NCBI GenBank assembly: GCA_963664195.1
Contig: OY760907.1
Location: forward strand, 2,208,001 to 2,272,000
Origin: an uncultured candidate division Zixibacteria bacterium
Lineage (GTDB): Bacteria > Zixibacteria > MSB-5A5 > GN15 > FEB-12
Direction of reading: 5' to 3'
Length of the DNA: 64,000 bases
The notes beneath the pieces were generated by a model. That model was not told the origin of the DNA. It did no database searches and saw nothing but the letters and a program-made list of their open reading frames with translations. A program made the position numbers and the translations under genes. Within the stretch, counting starts at the first letter, position 1, and each line of letters starts with the position of its first letter. Of the stretch, positions 38,440-47,160 are shown one piece after another.

Positions 38440-39431
38440 TGTCTGAGCTTAAGTTCACAAAGGGTGTAGACTCCGAGCACGAAATCGAGCTTGAATCCAG
38501 CCTGATTTCAGCTTCCTGGCGTACCGGACTCGCAATCGGCGGGACCAATGCGAAACTGGAAGTTCGCACCTGTTTTGTCGGCAACGGCGCCACTATCAAA
38601 ATCACCGCCCACTCCGAGAGCGGCAGTCGGCTCGGTAAGATCAAGGACAAGATCAGAAATAACATCTATTTAGGGGAAATCCCGATTCCGGGCGACATAG
38701 AGGAAGGCGATCGTGTCTATTTCGAGGTCGATTTGCCGAAAAACGGTGTCTCCGGTGAGTCGACAATGATACCGGCCACACCGCCCGTAGTCGTCAGCAA
38801 TATGCGATGGAGTGCAGAGGAGGCTCGTCGCGGCGACGTCCTTGAATTGACTGCCGAGGTGGAAGGAATTCGCAGCAACACGCCGGTGAGCCTGGTCATC
38901 TACGAGTATGATCGAGACAGTGCCCACGACAAAATAGCCACTATCCCGGCTGAAGTTGTCGGGGGCCGAGTAGAGGCGTTGTGGGAGTATGAGTATCACG
39001 AGGACACCGACGAGATTCCGACCGAAGAAGAAATGCAGGAGTACGGTCGAAACTACAATCCGCCGGAGTACTTCTTCACGATCCTTTATGAGGGGCAGGA
39101 ATTCGGTCGCGAGCAGGAATCCGGTCTGCTTCTTTTCAAAGACTGGGTCTGTTTGAAACTGGTCGACGGTCAAGGCAATCCAATCGGTGAGAAAGACTAC
39201 CAAGTCACATTGCCCGACGGTGAAACGCGCTCCGGCAAGCTGGACAGAAACGGTCGGGCCAGACTCGATAACATTCCGCCCGGACGGATTACCGTGCAGT
39301 ATCAGGACTTGTACCCAGAGATAGAGGAGGTTGAAATCGACAACGTGGAAGAGGATACGGTCGACGAAGACCCTCTTGGGGAAGGTGATTACTACGACGA
39401 CAGCGACGATATATCGAGCGAGGAGACATAA
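38439..39431 (+). CDS. Paralog of the PAAR C-terminal extension with an acidic tail (putative adaptor)
   Basis: WSAEEARRGD...WEYEY...YNPPEYFF...KDW...LPDGETRSGKLD.NG...NIPPG is colinear with the PAAR protein C-terminus. Confidence 0.7.
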   Translation: MSELKFTKGVDSEHEIELESSLISASWRTGLAIGGTNAKLEVRTCFVGNGATIKITAHSESGSRLGKIKDKIRNNIYLGEIPIPGDIEEGDRVYFEVDLPKNGVSGESTMIPATPPVVVSNMRWSAEEARRGDVLELTAEVEGIRSNTPVSLVIYEYDRDSAHDKIATIPAEVVGGRVEALWEYEYHEDTDEIPTEEEMQEYGRNYNPPEYFFTILYEGQEFGREQESGLLLFKDWVCLKLVDGQGNPIGEKDYQVTLPDGETRSGKLDRNGRARLDNIPPGRITVQYQDLYPEIEEVEIDNVEEDTVDEDPLGEGDYYDDSDDISSEET

Positions 39432-39434
39432 GCG

Positions 39435-41894
39435 ATGTGTGACACCGAAGTAACAATTGACGGTGCGGCATCAACAAGCTCTGGCGGGGACCGCGAGATT
39501 CGAGCCACCGGCGAGGTGACGGTCGAGATATTCCGATACAACTATGTCTACTACGACAGTCTGGGCGACAATCTCGCCGAGGGCGCCCTCGCCTGGATTG
39601 GACGGGCGTTGTCTCCCGCGCAGGGGGATTTCACTCCGGTTTCGCCCGCCCACGGCAACGCTCTGCCACAGCTTCTGGCATTGTTCAATGCCGACAGCAT
39701 CGGCTGGGTACCGCGTGACTGCCGTCAGTACGTCTCACGCGCGCAGTATGACTCCCCCGACCCCGAATCGCCCAACCCTAATTACATCTACCTGCTCAAC
39801 AACGAGACCGGCCAGATAACTGAAATCGAGTATATAGCGCCGAGTGAGTGGAATGCGGACATTTTCGAGGATGACGGCGACGGCTGGGAAGCGGTCGACA
39901 CAAGGGGCTCGCGGTCGGGCTATTTCCGGGTCAATCTGAATCATGTCGAACAGATTTTTGCAATAGCTTTCCCGGAAAGGGTGTTGCCGGAAACGGTTTT
40001 TGATATATTCAGCCATGGTGCCACGCGTGATCTGTGCCGGATTCGGTTGGCGAGCAATCCGCACGGTGCCGACCGTCGCCTGTTGATATTTGATCCCGCC
40101 CATATCGTAAAAAACGCCGCGAGGATCATTGCCTCTCACGCCCGATTTATGCGATTGGTGGACGCAAACACATCGTCCGACAGTCTGGGACGCACAAATC
40201 CCCGGCAAGAGCTAATGCGAACCCAGGGTATTCTCGCGGCTCTCTGCCACCAACTGGTTGAGGCTGACAGCGGCAATGCCTCTTACATTACGCGCAGCGA
40301 GCTGGACCCGGCCTTTCAGCGATATGCGAATTTCAGCCAGCGGCGAGCGCTGTTTTTCGACAACATGTACAATTTCCTGCGCCATGCGATCATGCGAAAT
40401 GTCCAGCGCAGATTGATGACTTATGTCGATGATGATGCCCGGCCCGAAGGAGCGATCTGGCTGCGAATCATCGCGCCAATGGCCGAAATCATGGGTGAGC
40501 ATCAGTTGATGATGCGCTATTTCGAGCAGGAATCGGGCGAACCGGCAACCGAAAGCGCGTGGAGCGCTTTCTATGCTGATGCACTCCGAGCTGCGAGCAG
40601 GGAACCCTCCGCTTCGGTCCGGGTGTGGACGCAGGTCACGGGATCGGGAGACTATGTGAAGCTCGTGTTGGGATCAGCGGAGTTGTCATCGTTCACGTTG
40701 GTGCAGGATTATGTCCGACGCGGCTCACGGGTGAGTTGGGACGATTTCTCCAGTCAGCTCGATGATACTGAAAACAACCTCCAGCATTTCTCCAGAGCCG
40801 CACGGCTGACCGGCCAATTCGCTCGCAGGATGCGCCAGGTTCCAAGAATCGTCACTCACGCTAAAGCGTTTGGTCGCCTTCGTGCGATAACGACCGGCGA
40901 GGGCGGGTTGTCCGACTACTCGGCGGTAGTTGCGGCGATTGAGACCGAGGTTGCCCGCCGCGGCGCCAAAGGGCTGGCACTCAGGTTGACGGCGATCAAA
41001 AACACACTCGACTTGTACGCCAATATCGGAGATCTGGATAGCTGTCTGCGGGTGGACGATTATGACGCGGCTTTCGGCTATTCTGTGGCCATAGGCGCCG
41101 GCTTGGTGGAGATCGGCTATCTGGCCGTTTTTGGTGTTGCGTTGACCGGGCCTGCCGCAGTCGTTGTCACTTTGGTGGGAGCTATTGCCGCCATTTACGC
41201 CTCCACCCAGCGAGACTCCACCGTCCAGCAGTTCCTTCAGCGAAGTTCCTACGGTACCGATCCCGGCGGAAGTTTCAGCGACCCGCCATCCTGGGTTGAC
41301 GGCCCCTCGCGGCAATGGATATCCAGTGCGGGCGACGGCCGTCTGATCGGTCCGACCGCGTCCCTTCGCGTACAGAAGCAAGCCTTACAGCTACAACTCA
41401 ATAGCCTGGTCAATCTGTTGCATGAGTTCAAGGTCAAGCATATCCATACTACTGCCAGTCATGTGATCGAGATAGAGATAGAGACCAAGTTCCTGCCGGA
41501 GAACGCAAAGTGGGAGTTCCACGGGGTCCTCGGCGATGCAAGGGGAAGCAGTCTGTGCACGGTAGATTTCACGCTCGACGGTGGTCGAATGCGGACGAGA
41601 GTCAGTAATGAAAGGCATGTCAACCGGGCTATTAGCTGCCGGATTCACCGGGATACGCGACAGAGAAAACACACCGTAACTTTCAATCTCGGCCATGTCA
41701 GCGACTCTGTTCGCACGGGTGAAGGCTGGTTGCGCTGTTTTCCGTTCGGCCACGACGAATTCGTGGTGCCGTGCCGGGGGACATCCGGCTCAGGTCTGAC
41801 CAACTGCGTTCATCTGGAACAACTTGGCGAACCCTCGATTACCAGACGGGAGTGCCCGTTCCATTCGCGTCATTGGGCGAGTTGGCCGGGCTGA
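39435..41894 (+). CDS. Large candidate T6SS effector, VasX/MIX-like membrane-acting toxin
   Basis: 819 aa, no signal peptide; NYIYLLN...IAFPE (MIX-like); Gly/Ala-rich hydrophobic hairpin ~aa 545-590 followed by DSTVQQFLQRSSYG. Confidence 0.5.
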   Translation: MCDTEVTIDGAASTSSGGDREIRATGEVTVEIFRYNYVYYDSLGDNLAEGALAWIGRALSPAQGDFTPVSPAHGNALPQLLALFNADSIGWVPRDCRQYVSRAQYDSPDPESPNPNYIYLLNNETGQITEIEYIAPSEWNADIFEDDGDGWEAVDTRGSRSGYFRVNLNHVEQIFAIAFPERVLPETVFDIFSHGATRDLCRIRLASNPHGADRRLLIFDPAHIVKNAARIIASHARFMRLVDANTSSDSLGRTNPRQELMRTQGILAALCHQLVEADSGNASYITRSELDPAFQRYANFSQRRALFFDNMYNFLRHAIMRNVQRRLMTYVDDDARPEGAIWLRIIAPMAEIMGEHQLMMRYFEQESGEPATESAWSAFYADALRAASREPSASVRVWTQVTGSGDYVKLVLGSAELSSFTLVQDYVRRGSRVSWDDFSSQLDDTENNLQHFSRAARLTGQFARRMRQVPRIVTHAKAFGRLRAITTGEGGLSDYSAVVAAIETEVARRGAKGLALRLTAIKNTLDLYANIGDLDSCLRVDDYDAAFGYSVAIGAGLVEIGYLAVFGVALTGPAAVVVTLVGAIAAIYASTQRDSTVQQFLQRSSYGTDPGGSFSDPPSWVDGPSRQWISSAGDGRLIGPTASLRVQKQALQLQLNSLVNLLHEFKVKHIHTTASHVIEIEIETKFLPENAKWEFHGVLGDARGSSLCTVDFTLDGGRMRTRVSNERHVNRAISCRIHRDTRQRKHTVTFNLGHVSDSVRTGEGWLRCFPFGHDEFVVPCRGTSGSGLTNCVHLEQLGEPSITRRECPFHSRHWASWPG

Positions 41895-41969
41895 TCGGGG
41901 GGAGTTGTTGACGGTGCTTGAAGCCGCACAGATGAAGGGATTTCAACGTTAGCAGAACCGTTTTTTTTC

Positions 41970-41998
41970 TTGTGACCGTCCAGCAGGTATGCTAGACT
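41970..41998 (+). promoter_or_regulatory. Candidate sigma70 promoter for the T6SS structural operon
   Basis: TTGTGA-17 bp-TAGACT with an extended TGn, preceded by a T8 tract; second candidate TGGACA-17-TATGAT at 42004-42032. Confidence 0.4.
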
Positions 41999-42107
41999 TA
42001 CTTTGGACACTGAGTACAGGCCGGTTTATGATTCTATCGTGCCGGTGATACAGACCCAATATAGACTTTTCGACGCTGCATACGACAAAGGAATCCGGTA
42101 GGCAAAT

Positions 42108-43583
42108 ATGGATATTGCCAGTTTCTCATCCGATGCTCGTGCCGTAATCAAGAATGCCCGGGGGGTGGCGACCGCTTTTCGCCACGCCGAGATTGAAATC
42201 GAACATCTGCTGATGGCCGTGGTACGCCACGAAGGTTCACAGGTGGAATCGATCCTCAATCAGCTTGGCCAGAGCCAGGCCTCGGTCGAAACCATAATCG
42301 GCACTTATCTCAAAGACCAGCCCAGCAGACAATCCGCCCCGGAGAATCCGTCGATTTCACCGGCGGTACAGGACGTGCTCACTCAAGCCGCTGAAGAAAA
42401 AGCGAAGTTGTTCGATACGCTTGTTGAACCGGAGCATATTTTCATCGCCGCATTTGATCCGAAGTCTCGCCTGACGGGATTCGTGCGCGAGAAGCTGGGA
42501 TTCACCAAAGAAGACCTCTACAATGCCATCGCTGACAGCAAATCGGTCGAGGAAATCGCCTCAAGTGTGACCCCCTCGGCCGGAAGCACTGACGGAGAGT
42601 CGACCAGAAAAGAGGTCGCCGGAACGCTTCGCTACTGCGAAGATATCACCAATCGCGCCGCCGCTGGTGAGTTTGACCCGGTAATCGGGCGCGAAACCGA
42701 AGTCCAACAGCTTATCCAGATATTGCTCCGACGCCGCAAAAACAGCCCCGTACTAGTAGGAGGGGCCGGTGTAGGCAAATCGGCGATTGTCGAGGGCTTC
42801 GCGCAGGCGGTGGTCGATGAACAGGTGCCAAAAGTGCTTCGTGGCGTCAAGGTCATGGAACTCGACATGGGTTCGCTTGTCGCCGGTGCCAAATACAAAG
42901 GCGAGTTCGAAGAGAGATTCAAAGGCCTCGTCAGTGAGGTCGTCAAGTCCGGTGGTCGGATTGTGCTCTTCATCGACGAACTTCACACTATCGCCGGAGC
43001 TGGCAACACCGGCGGCGGCATGGATGCTGCCAATCTCATCAAACCGGCGCTTGCACGAGGGCAGATTCGCCTGATCGGTGCCACCACCGAAGAGGAGTAC
43101 ACAAGATATATCGAAAAAGACAAGGCTCTTGATCGACGGTTTGAGAAAGTCAAGGTCGAGCAGCCCGGATTCGACGATGCCGTGCGGATCGTCAGGGGCG
43201 TCTTGCCCAAATACGAAGAGCATCACAAAGTTACGTACACAGATGAAGCAGTCATCGGATCTGTCAAGTACGCAATGCGCTACCTGAGCGAGCGGAATCT
43301 GCCTGATGTGGCCCTCGATGTTGTTGATGAAGCTGCCTCAGAGTTTGCGGTGAAGGAAGAGACTGCGAAAGATCGTATTCCGGAGCTTAAGACAAGCGTC
43401 GCGGAGATCGAGAAGCTGTTCGCGGCCTGTGACGGCAAGACTCCTGAAGATGACGCCACCGCGTTTGAAGCAGTCAGCGATGCCTGCGATGAATTCTCGC
43501 GGGGGGTGGCTCGCATGAAGGACTTCTGGGGGCACCGCATGGAAATTGCAGACGCCGACAACAGCGCGGGAGGTGGCAAGTGA
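42108..43583 (+). CDS. tssH: ClpV/TssH N-terminal half (Clp-N repeats plus AAA+ module 1)
   Basis: IEIEHLLMA and VEPEHIFIA Clp-N repeats, [57 protein letters not shown]; no second AAA module. Confidence 0.88.
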   Translation: MDIASFSSDARAVIKNARGVATAFRHAEIEIEHLLMAVVRHEGSQVESILNQLGQSQASVETIIGTYLKDQPSRQSAPENPSISPAVQDVLTQAAEEKAKLFDTLVEPEHIFIAAFDPKSRLTGFVREKLGFTKEDLYNAIADSKSVEEIASSVTPSAGSTDGESTRKEVAGTLRYCEDITNRAAAGEFDPVIGRETEVQQLIQILLRRRKNSPVLVGGAGVGKSAIVEGFAQAVVDEQVPKVLRGVKVMELDMGSLVAGAKYKGEFEERFKGLVSEVVKSGGRIVLFIDELHTIAGAGNTGGGMDAANLIKPALARGQIRLIGATTEEEYTRYIEKDKALDRRFEKVKVEQPGFDDAVRIVRGVLPKYEEHHKVTYTDEAVIGSVKYAMRYLSERNLPDVALDVVDEAASEFAVKEETAKDRIPELKTSVAEIEKLFAACDGKTPEDDATAFEAVSDACDEFSRGVARMKDFWGHRMEIADADNSAGGGK

Positions 43584-44680
43584 GCGCCAGAATCAACCTG
43601 AAGAAACTCCGCGCCGAGTTTGATGAAAACATCGCCACGCTTGAAGCCGTGGGGGCGGTTGTAGATAAGCTGGAACCAGTCATTGACGATCCCGATATCG
43701 CCTCCGTGGTGGCGCGTCGCACCGGCATCCCCGTAACGAAAATGCTCACCGCCGAGAAGGATCGGCTGGTGAATATGGAATCGTATCTTGCCAAGCGCAT
43801 TGTCGGGCAGGAAAACGCGATTAAGGCCATCTGCAACGCAGTCCGCAAGTCGCGCGCTGGACTCAAACTCCCCAACCGGCCCGTTGGGTCGTTCCTGTTC
43901 CTGGGACCAACCGGAACCGGCAAAACCCACCTCCCGAAACTGTTGGCGGAGTTCCTGTTCGACGACAAAAACGCCATGGTGCGGATGGACATGTCCGAAT
44001 TTATGGAGCCACACTCGGTGGCCAAGCTGATCGGCGCCCCTCCGGGGTATGTCGGCTACGAGGCCGGCGGTGTCCTGACCGAGGCTGTGCGTCGCAAACC
44101 ATTCTCTATTGTGCTGTTTGACGAGGTGGAAAAGGCGCATCCTGACGTGTTCAACGTCTTGCTGCAACTCCTCGATGACGGCCGCTTAACCGACGGGCAG
44201 AATCGCACGGTTGATTTTTCCAACACGCTGGTGGTACTGACATCGAACTATGCTGCCGATAAGATTCTTGAGGCGGACAAAGAGGACCGTGAAGTCGATA
44301 TGGACGAAGTCCGGTCTTTCCTGTTTACCAAATTCCGCCCGGAGTTCCTCAACCGGCTGAACGACATTATTGTGTACCACTCGTTTACGCAGGAACAGAT
44401 AGAAAAGATTACGAAATTGGAGTTCGACAATCTGTGCGATCTGTTGAAAGATCAGGAAATAGCCGCCGATCTATCCCCCGCTGCCCAGCACAAGCTGGCT
44501 GTGGACGGCTACACGGTCGAACTGGGCGCACGCCCGATTCAGCGGATTATCGAACAGGAGATCATCAACAAACTCTCGGTGCAGATTATCACCGGAGATG
44601 TGGTCAGCGGTGATCTCGTGACGGTCGATGTCAAGGATGATGAATACGTGTTTGCCACGAGCAAGCCTACAAATGAATAA
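43580..44680 (+). CDS. tssH: ClpV/TssH C-terminal half (AAA+ module 2)
   Basis: GGAGG RBS at 43569, GTGA overlap; TGIPV, IVGQ, FLGPTGTGKT, DMSEF, GAPPGYVGY, LFDEVEKAHP, FRPEFLNR, GARP. Confidence 0.88.
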   Translation: MSARINLKKLRAEFDENIATLEAVGAVVDKLEPVIDDPDIASVVARRTGIPVTKMLTAEKDRLVNMESYLAKRIVGQENAIKAICNAVRKSRAGLKLPNRPVGSFLFLGPTGTGKTHLPKLLAEFLFDDKNAMVRMDMSEFMEPHSVAKLIGAPPGYVGYEAGGVLTEAVRRKPFSIVLFDEVEKAHPDVFNVLLQLLDDGRLTDGQNRTVDFSNTLVVLTSNYAADKILEADKEDREVDMDEVRSFLFTKFRPEFLNRLNDIIVYHSFTQEQIEKITKLEFDNLCDLLKDQEIAADLSPAAQHKLAVDGYTVELGARPIQRIIEQEIINKLSVQIITGDVVSGDLVTVDVKDDEYVFATSKPTNE

Positions 44681-44708
44681 CAAGTGTTTCTGAGATACGG
44701 AGGAGCCA

Positions 44709-45149
44709 ATGGCGAAGTTTATTCTCGGTGCGACAGAGAAAGTTGCACGTGATGACAGTATCCCGGTGGAACTGCTCCCCTCGAACAAGACTCTTTACGC
44801 GGCCAAACTCAACAATGACGAGGACGCTGAGGTGGCGCCGGTCCGGTGCAACAACCTCAAAGAGGTGTTTGAGAAATTCCGACCGAACTTCTCGGTCGAG
44901 TTGGAGTCTACCGAAGGCGAACAGGTCAACGCGGATTTTGAAATTCGCGCAATGAAGGATTTCACGTCCAAGGAGTTGATCGAAAACGATGACTATCTCT
45001 CCAAGGTGTACTACGGAAAGGAAATTCTTTCCGACCTGGAGAAGCAGCTCAAGAAGAACAACGCGTTGAAGAAGACACTGTCGGACAAAGAGAAAAAAGA
45101 AGCTCTGCTGAAGGTCGCGAAGTATTACATCGACCTGCTGAGCGAGTGA
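44709..45149 (+). CDS. tssB: T6SS sheath small subunit TssB (Bacteroidota T6SS-iii-like)
   Basis: NKTLYAAKL, LKEVFEKFRPN..VELE..EG..V...F....DF, LEKQLKKNNALKK fit the Bacteroidota TssB pattern; upstream of tssC. Confidence 0.85.
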   Translation: MAKFILGATEKVARDDSIPVELLPSNKTLYAAKLNNDEDAEVAPVRCNNLKEVFEKFRPNFSVELESTEGEQVNADFEIRAMKDFTSKELIENDDYLSKVYYGKEILSDLEKQLKKNNALKKTLSDKEKKEALLKVAKYYIDLLSE

Positions 45150-45166
45150 TACAGGAGTAAACTGTC

Positions 45167-46591
45167 ATGGCTGAAGAAGAAAAAAACGAAATGCAGCCGG
45201 AAGCCGCTGCCGCCCAGCCCGAAGCTGCCGCTGCTGCAGAGGTGATATCCGATGACGAGTTTGCTTCCCTGCTAAGTGACTCGTTTGGCGATTATAAGAA
45301 ATTGGCCGCCCTGATGCCGTCGTTCAAAACCGCCGAGGGCGATCTTGTCCGCGGAGTGGAATGGCTCGATCCCAAAAAAGATTTCCAGCGCAAGGAATTC
45401 CTCAACAAGAAGGATTTTGCCGGTCAGCGCAAACTGCTCAAGCAGCGCCTGCAAACGTGGGTCGAAGCACTCGAAGGTAACGCCGATCTCGATGCCGTTC
45501 GCAAAGATCTCAACGAAAAAGCGGTCAAACTCGAGGCCAATCTCGACAAGAATATGAAGAAGGTGCACCGCGCCTCCCGTGAAATAGAAACCACCTACCG
45601 CGCGATTGACAAGTTCTTCCAGAATGCCCAGCAGGAGCCGGACGAAAAGGTCAACGCCTGGTTTGCCAACGTTGGTGCCGAAGAACTGACCGATCCGGAT
45701 GATCGAGACAAGTTCGAAGCACTCACCAAGGCAATTGCCGACCTGTACCGCGAGTGGAGCATCAAAGATTGCTTCGCCGTGGCCGTGGTGCCGGGCTATC
45801 TCGGCAGTGTGGAGAACATCGATACGTTTGGACGCCAGCTTGGACTGCCCAACAAGGTTCATGTGATGACCGATCTTCCGAACTTCGAAAGTGTAGAAGA
45901 AGTCATGGACATGCTCGATGATCCCTCATACGCCAACCTGCCTGGTATCGACAACTACAAGCAGTACGTCTCTGTATTCGCCAACTACGTCATGGCGCGT
46001 GAGGCCAACCAGTACGAGGACGAAGACGTCTGGATTCCCCCGTCAGCGGCGGTTGCCGGCAAAATGTACCAGGGCGATGTAACGGTGGGAATGCAGCAGC
46101 CAATGGCCGGCTTCAAGCACGGCAAGATTGCCGATGCGAAGTATCTCCGGTTCAAGGCCAACCAGCCGGATGCTTCGAAGATCAACGAAAAGGGTGTCAA
46201 CCCGATGGTTTCGTTCGAGGGTACGGCGGTGTCGATGGGCGCTGCGACGCTCTTCAGCAAAGAGACGTTTGACGTCTACTCGATTCGTCGCACGTACGAC
46301 TACGTGTATAAGACGCTGCGTAATTACTTGAACAAGCAGACCTTCAGCGTCATCGACCAGAAATTCGTCGACACAATGCGTCGTGATATTGACAAATTCA
46401 TGAAGGCTATTTCCGGCGGTGACAACATCCTGCAGGACTACAAGGTCGAGATATTCGCCGACGACGAGATGCGCAAACGCCAGGAAATCGACATCAAGGT
46501 CGCCTTGAACCCGAAATATCCGGCCCGCACGTTTAATATCGAATTCACCGCCTGGAATGACAACGATCAGACAGGTGTGAAAGATAAGTAG
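45167..46591 (+). CDS. tssC: T6SS sheath large subunit TssC (DUF5458-like)
   Basis: IETTYRAIDKFFQN, VVPGYLGS, VMTDLP, IPPSAAVAGKMY, QPMAG.KHG, GVNPMV, YSIRRTYDYVYK, PKYPARTF. Confidence 0.87.
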   Translation: MAEEEKNEMQPEAAAAQPEAAAAAEVISDDEFASLLSDSFGDYKKLAALMPSFKTAEGDLVRGVEWLDPKKDFQRKEFLNKKDFAGQRKLLKQRLQTWVEALEGNADLDAVRKDLNEKAVKLEANLDKNMKKVHRASREIETTYRAIDKFFQNAQQEPDEKVNAWFANVGAEELTDPDDRDKFEALTKAIADLYREWSIKDCFAVAVVPGYLGSVENIDTFGRQLGLPNKVHVMTDLPNFESVEEVMDMLDDPSYANLPGIDNYKQYVSVFANYVMAREANQYEDEDVWIPPSAAVAGKMYQGDVTVGMQQPMAGFKHGKIADAKYLRFKANQPDASKINEKGVNPMVSFEGTAVSMGAATLFSKETFDVYSIRRTYDYVYKTLRNYLNKQTFSVIDQKFVDTMRRDIDKFMKAISGGDNILQDYKVEIFADDEMRKRQEIDIKVALNPKYPARTFNIEFTAWNDNDQTGVKDK

Positions 46592-46661
46592 CAGTTTAGC
46601 CGTTTTGAAACATAGGATACGTTAACTGATAACTGATTTCTGTTGAATAAGGAGACGCAAA

Positions 46662-47066
46662 ATGGCACGCAGACCAACTTTGGAAATCGATGGCGTCGTG
46701 TACAAGAATGTCTATTCCGTTTCGTACGGACTGTACACGGCGAAGGATGAAACAGGACGCCCGTCGGATCGCGCCCACGCCGGTGTGGTCAAGATCATGC
46801 GCGAGTCAGACGAGAACGCTGATATTGCCCGTTGGGCGATGGATTCCAGCAAGCCGAACTGGAAGGCCGGCAAGGTCACACTGAAGAATCCCGATGATGC
46901 AACGATGAAAGAACTCTCCTGGGAGGAAGGTTTCATCACGTGTTACGAGGAGACTGTTCCGCACATCAAGAACAACCCCGATGAGCAGATCTCGGAATAC
47001 TTCGAAATCTCCTGTCACAAACTGGTGATTGCCGATGCTGAAATCGACAATCGTTGGGAAGAATAG
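46662..47066 (+). CDS. tssD: T6SS tube protein TssD/Hcp (T6SS-iii-like)
   Basis: 134 aa; YSVSYGL...DETGRPS....G.VKI..ES, WAM, GKVT, MKELSWEEGF...YEE, ISC.KLVI. Confidence 0.87.
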   Translation: MARRPTLEIDGVVYKNVYSVSYGLYTAKDETGRPSDRAHAGVVKIMRESDENADIARWAMDSSKPNWKAGKVTLKNPDDATMKELSWEEGFITCYEETVPHIKNNPDEQISEYFEISCHKLVIADAEIDNRWEE

Positions 47067-47083
47067 ACGAGCTTGTGTGATTG

Positions 47084-47114
47084 ACCGGGTGAGCCTGATG
47101 GCGGCTCGCCCGGT
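47084..47114 (+). terminator. Hairpin after tssD (weak terminator or mRNA stabiliser)
   Basis: ACCGGGTGAGCC-tgatggc-GGCTCGCCCGGT with only a short T tail. Confidence 0.5.
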
Positions 47115-47160
47115 TCTGTGAGACAATGCAGTAGCAAAGGTATAGCACAGGAAACAGGAT

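Noticed and set aside
41961..41968. T8 tract upstream of clpV as a second phase-variation site
   Set aside because: It lies outside the -35/-10 spacer of the candidate promoter, so a length change has no clear effect; more likely an UP-like element or terminator tail
42108..44680. Interpretation as housekeeping clpB/clpC
   Set aside because: Directly upstream of tssB within the operon and lacking an intact ClpB middle domain; context favours TssH, though sequence alone cannot fully separate them
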